A stretch of DNA of 64,000 nucleotides, from positions 64,001-128,000 of IMG/VR virus record IMGVR_UViG_3300046534_001374, one strand, 5' to 3'. The notes beneath the pieces were generated by a model that did no database searches, was not told where the DNA came from, and saw only the letters and a program-made list of their open reading frames with translations. The number at the start of each line of letters is the position of its first letter. Position 1 is the first letter of the stretch. Origin of the DNA: a virus. Positions 49,182 to 58,231 of this stretch are shown in pieces. The position numbers and the translations under genes are program-made.

Positions 49182-49299
49182 GGCTAACGTCAATGTGGAG
49201 GCGCGATCTAAACCGAACTCCGTTCGGAATTAAAACGCGATAATACATAAACATAACTAAGCTAGCGGTAGATCGTCGCCCTCTCACGCCTTGTTCTGC
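49182..49299 (-). repeat. attC site C
   Basis: GCAGAAC ... GTTAGCC. Confidence 0.88.
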
Positions 49300-49319
49300 A
49301 TCTGGGCCTAAGTATGAAT

Positions 49320-49670
49320 ATGACCTATGAACAAGAACGAATCCTAATAAACCAAACAATCCAAGATTACCTAAATTCATGGCATCATCGCATCTGGACC
49401 CAAGCGATCACTCAACTTGACCTGTCAGTTCCAAATACCCCCTTTCGTCTTGTGAGATTTGAACTAGGGCGACTTCTTCTTGTTTTATCTCACCTTGTGT
49501 TTGTCGGTTCCCATCTAAAAGACAGAGTGCTTCAAACATTCGGTGCTGGGGAAAAATTTGACACCTTACAAGGTCCAGTGGCAACATTAGGTTTTCGAGA
49601 TCAGTTCTCAGACTATACCAAAATCTACCGACATAAGATCCACCACGAAGATCAAAATCGTTGCAAATGA
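49320..49670 (+). CDS. Cassette 2 antisense ORF
   Basis: TAAGTA at 49309-14, 5 nt before the ATG. Confidence 0.45.
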   Translation: MTYEQERILINQTIQDYLNSWHHRIWTQAITQLDLSVPNTPFRLVRFELGRLLLVLSHLVFVGSHLKDRVLQTFGAGEKFDTLQGPVATLGFRDQFSDYTKIYRHKIHHEDQNRCK

Positions 49671-49782
49671 AAATAATCCTTTCGGAGCTTTGATATACCA
49701 TTTTCGCATCAAGAAAATTACTTAGATCAAGTTCTTCGTCGGGATCACTATAATACAGTCTAAAATATGTAGGTTTACTCAT
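49408..49782 (-). CDS. Cassette 2 ORF (hypothetical)
   Basis: ATG 23 nt after the G of GTTCTGC. Confidence 0.5.
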   Translation of the reverse strand: MSKPTYFRLYYSDPDEELDLSNFLDAKMVYQSSERIIFICNDFDLRGGSYVGRFWYSLRTDLENLMLPLDLVRCQIFPQHRMFEALCLLDGNRQTQGEIKQEEVALVQISQDERGYLELTGQVE

Positions 49783-49798
49783 GGATTCTTAGTTTCTA

Positions 49799-49917
49799 GC
49801 AGAACGTCAATGTGGAGGCGCGATCTAAACCGAACGTAGTTCGGGATTAAAACGCGATCTAATATAAAAATAAACTAAGTTAGCGGTAGATCGTCGTCCT
49901 CCCACGTCTTGTTCTGC
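49799..49917 (-). repeat. attC site B
   Basis: GCAGAAC-aagac-gtg[g]gagg[a]cg[a]cgatcta...tagatcgcgcctccac-attgac-GTTCTGC. Confidence 0.88.
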
Positions 49918-49958
49918 ATCTGGATTTGAAAAGTTTGATGTGATTACTAATTAAAGTA

Positions 49959-50108
49959 ATGAACGAACAAAAAACTTTGGTGTATGATGGTGAACTAACT
50001 CTAGACGAAGCCAGAAACAAAATCAGAAACAAAGATGGTTCAAAACTTACGGATGCGGAGTTTGTTGAATTATTCCAACCCTTTACCAAGGAAGCTTCTC
50101 GTCCCTAA
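49959..50108 (+). CDS. Cassette 1 antisense ORF (49 aa, not in ORF track)
   Basis: MNEQKTLVYDGELTLDEARNK...EASRP*; TAATTA at 49948-53, 5 nt before the ATG. Confidence 0.5.
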   Translation: MNEQKTLVYDGELTLDEARNKIRNKDGSKLTDAEFVELFQPFTKEASRP

Positions 50109-50271
50109 TTTCAATATTGTTTAAAATCACAAGCGGTAACCCCTCATTTGTTCGTTTAGTAATTTTAGATTGTTTCTCACACCACTCCATTTCTGATTGA
50201 TTTGGTGTTTGGAATGACCAAATATAATATTCTGGTCCTTGTGAGTTGGTTACGGTGTATTGCTGGATCAT
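50083..50271 (-). CDS. Cassette 1 ORF (hypothetical)
   Basis: ATG 30 nt after the G of GTTCTGC. Confidence 0.5.
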   Translation of the reverse strand: MIQQYTVTNSQGPEYYIWSFQTPNQSEMEWCEKQSKITKRTNEGLPLVILNNIEIRDEKLPW

Positions 50272-50294
50272 AATTATCTAGTAGGTAATTTATT

Positions 50295-50413
50295 GCAGAA
50301 CGTCAATGTGGAGGCGCGATCTAAACCGAACTCCGTTCGGAATTGAAACGCGATCTGATATAAAAATAAACTAAGCTAGCGGTAGAACGTCACTCTCTCA
50401 CGTCTTATTAATA
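50295..50413 (-). repeat. attC site A (first in array, R'' decayed)
   Basis: R'' reads TATTAAT (AAC lost), with extra mismatches in the arm; R' GTTCTGC is intact. Confidence 0.8.
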
Positions 50414-50456
50414 ATATAAAACTTGAAAAGAGGAATTTTTATAGTAATCTCATCTT

Positions 50457-51359
50457 ATGAAGAACATCCTAATAGATGCCAACAATATGCTACACAGGAG
50501 CATAGGCAACACCGAGAAGTATCTAGAAAAAAATTCGAGAGCAACTAGAAAGCTGGACAATAAAGGAAACGATGTCACTGCTTTGCAGAAGTTTTTTTCG
50601 GATATATACTATACCTCCTCAGATTTTCTTGATGCAGACACAGAAATTTATATGGTGTGGGATAGGAAGATCGACCCAGAAGCGATCAACTGGAGAACCA
50701 CAGTTAACCCACTTTATAAAGCAAACAGAGGATCTATAGATACTAATGGTCCGAAGAAGCAAGTGTATAGCCTATGTAAACATGCCAAATATATAGCAGA
50801 TGCCTACGGGTTTCATTCAGTATTTCCCCTCTGCTCCGAAGCAGACGACCTAATACATTATCTCAATAAAAACCTAGAAGGCGGTAGTTTGATTATTTCT
50901 TCCGACCATGACTTCTTCCAATGTATATCTGAGGATTGCAGTATTTATAACCCCCAGAAAAGAATGCTTCTGGAACTTGATAACTGGGATGAATATGCCC
51001 CAGTATCTAAAGAACACTATGTTTTATGGAAATCAATTAAGGGCGACCCCTCTGATAACATCAAAGGGTTGTTCCGTTATGGTGAGAAGAAAGCTAAAAA
51101 GCTGGTCGAGAACTGGGACGAGCTTTCACCTAAACTGACAGAGGAGCAAATAGATATTATTGAGGAAACTAAAAGTTTAATTGATCTTAATTTTAAACCT
51201 TTATCTGATAAAGAGGTGTGCTTCATTAAGAGGCAGATCGAGCCTAAAGAAAAAAAGAAAGATTGGGAATTGACTCGGATTCTGGACAACTACCATGTCA
51301 CCTACAAGACCAGAGAGATGTGGGATAACTTCAACACCCTAAAAGAGTTATATCTATAA
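50457..51359 (+). CDS. rnh: T4-type RNase H / 5'-3' exonuclease
   Basis: IDANN, YKANR, EADD, SSDHDF.Q and GDPSDNIKG motifs. Confidence 0.92.
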   Translation: MKNILIDANNMLHRSIGNTEKYLEKNSRATRKLDNKGNDVTALQKFFSDIYYTSSDFLDADTEIYMVWDRKIDPEAINWRTTVNPLYKANRGSIDTNGPKKQVYSLCKHAKYIADAYGFHSVFPLCSEADDLIHYLNKNLEGGSLIISSDHDFFQCISEDCSIYNPQKRMLLELDNWDEYAPVSKEHYVLWKSIKGDPSDNIKGLFRYGEKKAKKLVENWDELSPKLTEEQIDIIEETKSLIDLNFKPLSDKEVCFIKRQIEPKEKKKDWELTRILDNYHVTYKTREMWDNFNTLKELYL

Positions 51360-51802
51360 TGGAACCGAAACAAATATTGAATAAAACGAAAGCATGGCTT
51401 GTTGGTGGGGTTGTGTTAAGTCTTTTGGTGTTTTATGTGGTTGGATTGGTGGCGAAGCTTTCGATCTTGGCCTTATTATTAACTGTAATTTCGGTTTTGA
51501 TTTATAACATAAAACTAAGTAATAAAATATTTCAAGAAGAAGCAATAACTAGTAACACTAAGTTTCGGGAAGAAACCAGACGAGCTGAGATAGACCACCA
51601 GAAACAAATACACCAAAGGATTTCAGATAGAATCTGGGACATTCCAATTGAGATGCGTTGTAGGCATTGTTCATCTATTGAGGAAATAGATTTTGGATTA
51701 GAGGTCCAAGGATTTAAATGTAAGAAATGTAATGGCTACAACAAGCTATTCATACATTTCACAGCAATAGGAGAAACCGAAAACTCAAAAAGCAATGGAT
51801 AG
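51359..51802 (+). CDS. Membrane protein with C-terminal zinc ribbon
   Basis: Two TM segments; CxxC...CxxC. Confidence 0.65.
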   Translation: MEPKQILNKTKAWLVGGVVLSLLVFYVVGLVAKLSILALLLTVISVLIYNIKLSNKIFQEEAITSNTKFREETRRAEIDHQKQIHQRISDRIWDIPIEMRCRHCSSIEEIDFGLEVQGFKCKKCNGYNKLFIHFTAIGETENSKSNG

Positions 51803-52181
51803 CGATTTAGATAAAGCAATTAAAGGTAATGATTTAGGGATACCTAGAGGTATAAAGGGAATAACTACATACCAAGGGCCAAACACGGTCGGTCCTATTC
51901 CGGTGGAGCTTATGGCCGAACCAGCGGCAAATCCTTTCAGACCATGCTTAGATGACGTTTTAAATAGGCTACCTTCGGCAGACCAGCATCTAGTTAGGCA
52001 GCATATATCCATTCTTTCCGGTGAACGGTTCCCCAAGTCTTCGGGGATACTGGCTGAAAGGTTGGATAGAATGGTTGGAAAAATCAAACATAGACAAGAG
52101 CTTGAGCCTGAAGGTGATAATAAAAAAGAACTTTTGGAGTTGTTCGCAATCTTCGCGACACACTATATTCACTATATTTAA
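51795..52181 (+). CDS. Hypothetical protein
   Basis: Operonic ORF. Confidence 0.6.
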   Translation: MDSDLDKAIKGNDLGIPRGIKGITTYQGPNTVGPIPVELMAEPAANPFRPCLDDVLNRLPSADQHLVRQHISILSGERFPKSSGILAERLDRMVGKIKHRQELEPEGDNKKELLELFAIFATHYIHYI

Positions 52182-52183
52182 GA

Positions 52184-52618
52184 ATGCCCAACAGACATAT
52201 ACCTTGTATAGACTGTGGTGAGGCTAAGTGGCTCTCTCAAAATCAATTTAGGGTTAAGGTGGCGGAAGAGGGTAGCCCCAAAAAAGTAAAGAGAAGATTC
52301 CGGTGTAAGAAATGTAAGAAATTGGAGAGAGAAGATCCATTAATATACCAATTACAGTATGGAAAACATATCAAGCGCATCAAAGCCGATGTTCGAAGGG
52401 AGTTGTCTGCGTTTTACACAACAAACGACGTAAATAAGCTTCGAAAAGGTGTGGATACTATTTTTATTAAAAACGGTATTGACCCGATGAAGATACTGTT
52501 CCATAAGAGTGTAAGCGGGAACGGAAAATTGATAGGAATTACCGTAACCGAGTTCCCATTTATCGGTGAATTGTATATCGCAATATACACCGAGAGGAAA
52601 ATAGACAAACACACCTAA
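52184..52618 (+). CDS. Zinc-finger hypothetical protein
   Basis: CxxC...CxxC; basic composition. Confidence 0.6.
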   Translation: MPNRHIPCIDCGEAKWLSQNQFRVKVAEEGSPKKVKRRFRCKKCKKLEREDPLIYQLQYGKHIKRIKADVRRELSAFYTTNDVNKLRKGVDTIFIKNGIDPMKILFHKSVSGNGKLIGITVTEFPFIGELYIAIYTERKIDKHT

Positions 52619-52625
52619 ATTTAAA

Positions 52626-53078
52626 ATGAAGAAAACTAAAGAAGATTATATTGATGAAGTCCACACAGAAATTTGGAAAACTGTTCACTTAGAATACCCT
52701 ACGGAGGTTATCTGGGATTCTGAAATGAATTGTTTTTTATGCGAAAATGAAACTGGGGCGTATTATGTAGATTACGCAGACTTTTTCAAAAAACATGTAA
52801 TCAAGTCAAATGTTAGGGGTTGGGGTAGTAGCAAAAACAATAACAAAAAGCATCTAGCTAGTTGGCTATGCCTTATTAATGGGCATAATATGTGGGAGGA
52901 TTGTTTAGAAGCGAATACAGAAAAGATTTCTCGCATGAAGGCGAAAAACGAAAAACCCTCGAACGAAAGGAATAATCTAATAGAATATATCGCAGATCGT
53001 TACGAGGATGCTCTATTCTCTATGGAGAATGCAACTTCTCCAGAATGGCTGGAAGCCTATATCTTCGAAAGACATTAA
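52626..53078 (+). CDS. Hypothetical protein
   Basis: Operonic ORF. Confidence 0.6.
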   Translation: MKKTKEDYIDEVHTEIWKTVHLEYPTEVIWDSEMNCFLCENETGAYYVDYADFFKKHVIKSNVRGWGSSKNNNKKHLASWLCLINGHNMWEDCLEANTEKISRMKAKNEKPSNERNNLIEYIADRYEDALFSMENATSPEWLEAYIFERH

Positions 53079-53743
53079 CAGTCAATAGATGATTTAGAAT
53101 CTCTGGTTGCAATCAAAGCTTCATACTCGTCATATATCACCGATTGGTTGGTCTGTGCTGAGTCCGAATCATTAGCATTATTGCCGAAGGAATCTAAGTC
53201 AATACCTTCAAGAGGAATTGGTTGCCAGTAGTTATAGGTGAACGTAACATCAAAGTTTGTGATATCGTCACTCATATTATCATAAGCAATTTCACCAACA
53301 CTACTAGGGAATACGCCGATAAACTCAACACCTCTCACAACTCTATTAGACTTGTCAGTGACGACATATTGAATGGTGGAATCATCACCAACACAATATT
53401 TAGATGAACCATCAAGAGGGTTTCCTAATTCGGTTGACCATTGCAGGAGTGAGTTATATGCGAGAAAGTTTGCAGGAGTTCTAAAACCGATAGTGGTTTC
53501 ATTGCCAAATTGCAATTGACCCATCTCCTTAAGCATACTGCCTTGGTAAGGCACATCTTTAGCATCTCTAGTGAGAGCAGGTAGAGCGGCGGTGCTGATA
53601 TAATGTAGACCTCTTAAGATCTGCGAGCTGAAAGGTTCTGGACCAATCTTCACTGGTTTCAGAAAGTTTTGACGGGAAAATCCGTGCTTTCTGAATTGTC
53701 TTTCACCTTCACGAAGATTATAAGTGTTTGAAATCTCATTCAT
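53075..53743 (-). CDS. Tail tube protein (gp19)
   Basis: 'A.LP......VPY.G...F.GVFP..VGEI.Y....I..F.VTF.Y.YW' pattern; TAATTA 6 nt before the ATG at 53743. Confidence 0.88.
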   Translation of the reverse strand: MNEISNTYNLREGERQFRKHGFSRQNFLKPVKIGPEPFSSQILRGLHYISTAALPALTRDAKDVPYQGSMLKEMGQLQFGNETTIGFRTPANFLAYNSLLQWSTELGNPLDGSSKYCVGDDSTIQYVVTDKSNRVVRGVEFIGVFPSSVGEIAYDNMSDDITNFDVTFTYNYWQPIPLEGIDLDSFGNNANDSDSAQTNQSVIYDEYEALIATRDSKSSIDC

Positions 53744-53804
53744 ATACATTAATTAGTCTCCGACCTCATTTAAAAATCATATAGGAGTTGCTATAATTAC
53801 TATC

Positions 53805-56768
53805 ATGTCACAGCCAATCTCACCAGCGATTATCATCAATGAGAATTTTGATGCTAGACCTTTAATCCCAGAAGGATATAATGTGCTATGTTTAGGTTTC
53901 ACATCCGAAGGTGTAGCGAACGAGCCATTTATCCTAAGAAGCTTACCCGAGTTTATTACTCTCTTTGGTGAGCCAGATCCGTCACGAACCGAACAGATCT
54001 ACTCATTCGAGTCTGCTAAAAGGATTATTGAGTCTGGAGCCAACTTAGTTTTTGTTAAACTTCCATATGGACCTGAAGAAGGTTTCGATGTTGGTGATGA
54101 ATACTCAGCCCTCCTTTACCCAGCACTTGAGGACACAGTCTCCGAGTCGGTTATTTTAAATTACAAGGCTACTCAAGATATTACTCCAGAAGAATTCGGA
54201 GATCTCAAAACGGTCAAACCGTTTGATACTGGTTTGGCTGAAGGTGGATTACTGAGTGCGTATGAGTATACTCAGATCATTGCAGCAACTACCACATTTG
54301 ATCCAGCGATCACTATTGATGACTTTGTATATAATTCTAATTCGGGTGGTCTTAAAACTGAATACACATACGTAGTAACAAGCGGCGACTTAAATGCCAC
54401 TAACGGAGTTCAGTTGACTGGACTGGAATCCGCAATCCAATCAGCATTTTCGGTAAACGATTCTGGTTATATTGGAGCGGTAGGGGCCGGTTCCGAACGT
54501 GTTCCTATCAGTGATTATCAATATAAGTTAATGGTCGAGGAAAATCCATTAGAAGCAGATAAATTTAAAGCCGTTATCCCCCGTAGCGGGGCAACTGCCG
54601 AGTGGGTTTATGTTGGGGCTTCATACCCTGCTATTGTGGATCTAGGGGCTTATGAATTATATGATGGTGTGGGCGTTTCAGCCGGAACTATAGATTTGGA
54701 AGTTGTATTTGTTTCGGGGCTTGTAGCCAACCAAGAATTAACCACAACAGAGTATCTCGCAATGCTCCTAATTATGGATGATAGTTCGTTCGAACCATCA
54801 CTCCTTACGGAAGTGTTTACAGTAACCGACAGTGTAGGCTATGTTCTCGGACAACCTGTTCGTATCGATCTTGATGAAAATGGCTACGATAAGATCCAAT
54901 GCGGCCTTATTGACTGGTCAACCAGTTACACTATTTTTGATGATACTATTACTACGTTTGACCCTGTCGAGTTTGGTAAGGTAGGTCTTATTGTATTAGA
55001 TAGCGGTCGCTCCAAAACCAAGGATGCTCGCGAAGGTTACTATATCACCGTAACAGACAATACCGATGGCGACCCAGCGTCTGATTGGGATTCTATCACT
55101 AATATCAAGACCAGCACATCCACTACGGGTGAAGTTATTTGGGACGACCTGTCAACAGACACTTACGACTTTAATTTGAAAGCTCCTTTCGGAGAACCTG
55201 TCCCCAGTATATCGCAAGCAGTTTCTGCTCTTTCCGAACAGCATATCAATGGATCATGGTCAGACCCAGATCATAGAAACTTCTTGAATGTTACCCTATG
55301 GAGACTTCGTAAAGATGTTCAAAATGGTTCTAATCAACTAATTCCCAGTGTTGTTGAATCCCACACTGGTTCTATTTCTGAAATCGAGAAGACTATCACC
55401 GAAGGTGGCTTCCAACAAAATATCTTTTTGGAGAGTAAAGTTGAAGGCGATTCAAGTAGACTGACGGTATTAGTAAATCCCAATATCGCAGATGATAGTT
55501 ACGTAGGCACTGATGGACAGAAAATCAAGAATGTTAGAATGTGGAGAGGTAACACTAATGGTTTAGGGTCTAGCTTCCTTTCTCTTTCAGAAGCTAACTT
55601 TAAGGGGTATTCCAACGGGATGTATTCCGTTAGTCAGTATGTAGCGAAACAACCAGAAAAAGCTTGTGACGTGGGTAATATTCCGGCTAAACTGAGAAAC
55701 GCTCTTTGCACCGTTGATAATCCCGAGCGTGTAAGCCTCGACCTTTCGATTGAAGCGGGTTTAGGAACCATCTGGAACACGGTTAAGGAAGACCGAGATC
55801 AATGGCTCACAAGCACACAGGCGGACAACTCTTTCTGCTTCAATGATAAAGTATTCCTTAATGTCGTTGAAGATCTTGGTAGAACAGTTCCCGAAGGTTC
55901 TGAAACAGGAAACATGAGAACTAACTGGAGACAGATCTACGACACTTTCCTCACTTTCACCGAATCGACTAGAGTGGTTAACGGCGGTATACATCACTTA
56001 CATATTGCAGATAACCTCAGACATTCTCTGGTTAATGGTAGGGATTGTAAAGTTTATGATTCGAAGACCAAATGTAAAAATGCTGGAGTTTTCCAGACCG
56101 AAGTTTACTGGCCCTTGAAAAACCTTACTAAAGGATTGAGCAACACTATCACGACTATCGATGCCCAATGGTATAAGTCGAGCAACGTTTATAGTTCTTC
56201 TCCAGTTTGGATTCCGAGTTCACCTGTTACTGCGGCACTGTTCGCACAAACAGACTTCCCTTGGTTGGCTGCTGCTGGTGTTCAAAGAGGTTTGATCCGA
56301 AATGTTGTTGATGCAGCAATCGATCCGGTTCTTCGCGACCGAGATTACTTGTTCAAGATCCAGCAAAACGCGGTATTCTTCGACAAGAACTACGACGGTT
56401 TCCTTCGTTTCGCAGATAGAACAATGCTTAAGAATGATAACCACCAACTAAAAGAAAACTCTGCGAGAAGACTACTTATTTGGCTTGAAGGAAATCTTCA
56501 GTCCGCGCTTAGACCGTTCTTATTTGAGCAGAATAACCTTCAGACCAGAATTCGTTTCAAGAATAACATTGAACTCTACTTGAACACCCTGCTTCAAAAT
56601 GGGGCGATTGAAGATTTCAATGTAAGTTTGAAAAAGAATACTCTAGCCACACAACAGGACGGTTGCTTAGTTGCTGATATCGGCATCACCATTACCGGAA
56701 TCGTTAATCAGATCAAACTTAACCTTAACCTCCTTAGGTTGGATCAAAACTTCCAAGAAGTTTTTTAA
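53805..56768 (+). CDS. Tail sheath protein (gp18)
   Basis: 'SPAI.I.E', 'FGEP', 'PW.AAAG..RG', 'RRL...LE...FLFEQN...TR' motifs. Confidence 0.93.
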   Translation: MSQPISPAIIINENFDARPLIPEGYNVLCLGFTSEGVANEPFILRSLPEFITLFGEPDPSRTEQIYSFESAKRIIESGANLVFVKLPYGPEEGFDVGDEYSALLYPALEDTVSESVILNYKATQDITPEEFGDLKTVKPFDTGLAEGGLLSAYEYTQIIAATTTFDPAITIDDFVYNSNSGGLKTEYTYVVTSGDLNATNGVQLTGLESAIQSAFSVNDSGYIGAVGAGSERVPISDYQYKLMVEENPLEADKFKAVIPRSGATAEWVYVGASYPAIVDLGAYELYDGVGVSAGTIDLEVVFVSGLVANQELTTTEYLAMLLIMDDSSFEPSLLTEVFTVTDSVGYVLGQPVRIDLDENGYDKIQCGLIDWSTSYTIFDDTITTFDPVEFGKVGLIVLDSGRSKTKDAREGYYITVTDNTDGDPASDWDSITNIKTSTSTTGEVIWDDLSTDTYDFNLKAPFGEPVPSISQAVSALSEQHINGSWSDPDHRNFLNVTLWRLRKDVQNGSNQLIPSVVESHTGSISEIEKTITEGGFQQNIFLESKVEGDSSRLTVLVNPNIADDSYVGTDGQKIKNVRMWRGNTNGLGSSFLSLSEANFKGYSNGMYSVSQYVAKQPEKACDVGNIPAKLRNALCTVDNPERVSLDLSIEAGLGTIWNTVKEDRDQWLTSTQADNSFCFNDKVFLNVVEDLGRTVPEGSETGNMRTNWRQIYDTFLTFTESTRVVNGGIHHLHIADNLRHSLVNGRDCKVYDSKTKCKNAGVFQTEVYWPLKNLTKGLSNTITTIDAQWYKSSNVYSSSPVWIPSSPVTAALFAQTDFPWLAAAGVQRGLIRNVVDAAIDPVLRDRDYLFKIQQNAVFFDKNYDGFLRFADRTMLKNDNHQLKENSARRLLIWLEGNLQSALRPFLFEQNNLQTRIRFKNNIELYLNTLLQNGAIEDFNVSLKKNTLATQQDGCLVADIGITITGIVNQIKLNLNLLRLDQNFQEVF

Positions 56769-56794
56769 GATTAGATCCTAGTTAAAATTCAACA

Positions 56795-56826
56795 AAACCC
56801 TCCTTAAAAATTAAGGAGGGTTTTTT
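56795..56826. terminator. Intrinsic (possibly bidirectional) terminator
   Basis: AAACCCTCCTTAA / TTAAGGAGGGTTTTTT. Confidence 0.85.
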
Positions 56827-56894
56827 GTTGACAAAAATTCAAAATTCGGTAAGAATCTTGGTATGGCCGACTACAGGTTATCCAAAATTCTAAT

Positions 56895-57269
56895 ATGAAC
56901 AAATACCTAGAAGAAGAAACAAATAAATTATTGCAAGAAATAGAATCAATCACAGACTTGAACGAGAAATCCGTGATTGTTTCCCATATATGGTGGCATA
57001 ACTTTTCTCGTGATACCCACCCTAGATGCGTTGAACTTATGCGACTTAAACGAGAATTACCATACCCAAAAAAAGGGGTCTCTATTGAACGGATTGAAGA
57101 ACTTGTTCGCAATTTCCCACCTCGGTTTGTCCAGAACCTAGGTGCGTATATTAAACCCCAATTTGAAGGAACGCCTTCAAAGTATGGTGAACATAAAAAG
57201 AATCGGAGTTATAAGGTCGAAATCGTTCATTCTGTTTCAAGTGAAATTTGGTCAAGGGCAATTTCTTAA
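56895..57269 (+). CDS. Hypothetical protein
   Basis: ORF behind a TTGACA promoter-like site. Confidence 0.6.
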   Translation: MNKYLEEETNKLLQEIESITDLNEKSVIVSHIWWHNFSRDTHPRCVELMRLKRELPYPKKGVSIERIEELVRNFPPRFVQNLGAYIKPQFEGTPSKYGEHKKNRSYKVEIVHSVSSEIWSRAIS

Positions 57270-57270
57270 T

Positions 57271-58185
57271 ATGAAACATAATTTCGAAAATCAATATCTG
57301 GATATCCTTGGAGAACTTGTCGATTATGGAGTTCTAAAAGAAAATAGAACAGGCACCAATACATATGCCTTGTTCGATAGATCTATTAGGCATGATATGT
57401 CTCTAGGTTTTCCTGCCCTGACCACTAAGAGAATCGCGTTCAAAACTCTGAAGGTTGAGCTAGAAGGCTTTATCAAAGGTATCACATCTAAAGGATGGTA
57501 TCAGGAAAGAGGTTGTCATATCTGGGATGAGTGGTGCAATCCACAGAAAGTCCCCTATGGAACTGACGAAGAAACCAAAGCTAAAATGTTGGCTGAAGAT
57601 GATCTTGGCCCCTGTATCTATGGTGCTTCGTGGCGAGGCTTTCATGATCCACAGGTTGAGTTGTCTTGGGGTATAGATGAATCAGGTAAAGAGCTTTTGA
57701 TTGATAATGGTGAATCCGTAGATCAATTTAAAAATATTGTTGACACTCTAAAAACCAATCCAGACGATAGGCGGATGGTTTGTTTAGCATGGAATCCACT
57801 AGGCTTGAAACACACAGCACTTCCCGCATGCCATCTCTGTTTTATTGTCAATGCGTTGGGCGGTAAATTAAATCTAACATGGTTACAACGCAGCGCAGAT
57901 TGGTTCTTAGGGGTTCCTCTAAATGCAGCTTTCTACGGTATGCTCTTACATCTGTTGGCCAAAGAAGCTGGGCTAGAAGAGGGTGAGCTGGTAGGTCATT
58001 TTGTAGATGTTCACTTGTATGACAATCACATCGATCAAGCAAAGATTCAACTAGAACGACATATTGATAAGACCACCCCCCAACTCGAAACAGAGAGTGG
58101 TGGAATTTTTGATTGGGATCATACCAAATCAAGCTTGTTTAATTATAAACCCCAACCTTCGATTAAAGCACCCGTAGCGGTATAA
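57271..58185 (+). CDS. thyA: Thymidylate synthase
   Basis: NRTGT, TTKR, IWDEW, LPACH, QRSAD..LGVP.N and HLYDNH motifs; start reassigned to MKHNFE. Confidence 0.96.
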   Translation: MKHNFENQYLDILGELVDYGVLKENRTGTNTYALFDRSIRHDMSLGFPALTTKRIAFKTLKVELEGFIKGITSKGWYQERGCHIWDEWCNPQKVPYGTDEETKAKMLAEDDLGPCIYGASWRGFHDPQVELSWGIDESGKELLIDNGESVDQFKNIVDTLKTNPDDRRMVCLAWNPLGLKHTALPACHLCFIVNALGGKLNLTWLQRSADWFLGVPLNAAFYGMLLHLLAKEAGLEEGELVGHFVDVHLYDNHIDQAKIQLERHIDKTTPQLETESGGIFDWDHTKSSLFNYKPQPSIKAPVAV

Positions 58186-58191
58186 AAATTC

Positions 58192-58220
58192 TTGACATCT
58201 ACAAATAAGTAAGGTAGCAT
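58192..58220 (+). promoter_or_regulatory. Sigma70-type promoter
   Basis: TTGACA-N17-TAGCAT. Confidence 0.65.
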
Positions 58221-58231
58221 GCATCATCATT

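Larger units (their letters stand above)
47565..50413 (-). mobile_element. Integron-like gene cassette array (6 attC sites, 5 cassettes, no integrase in window)
   Basis: attC sites at 47565, 48116, 48604, 49182, 49799 and 50295; R'/R'' cores complementary within each cassette; promoterless ORF 16-30 nt after each G|TT. Confidence 0.88.

Noticed and set aside
49171-49380. - strand ORFs crossing attC sites (also 49880-50089)
   Set aside because: They largely translate repeat sequence, have weak starts, and cross or abut recombination boundaries.
47565-50413. CRISPR array interpretation of the repeats
   Set aside because: Repeats are ~119 bp and spacers are 370-500 bp with ORFs. No cas genes are present, and the repeat ends vary in a cassette-paired way.
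47565-50413. REP/MITE or terminator interpretation of the repeats
   Set aside because: No target-site duplications or U-tracts. The asymmetric bulges and offset R'/R'' complementarity fit attC instead.
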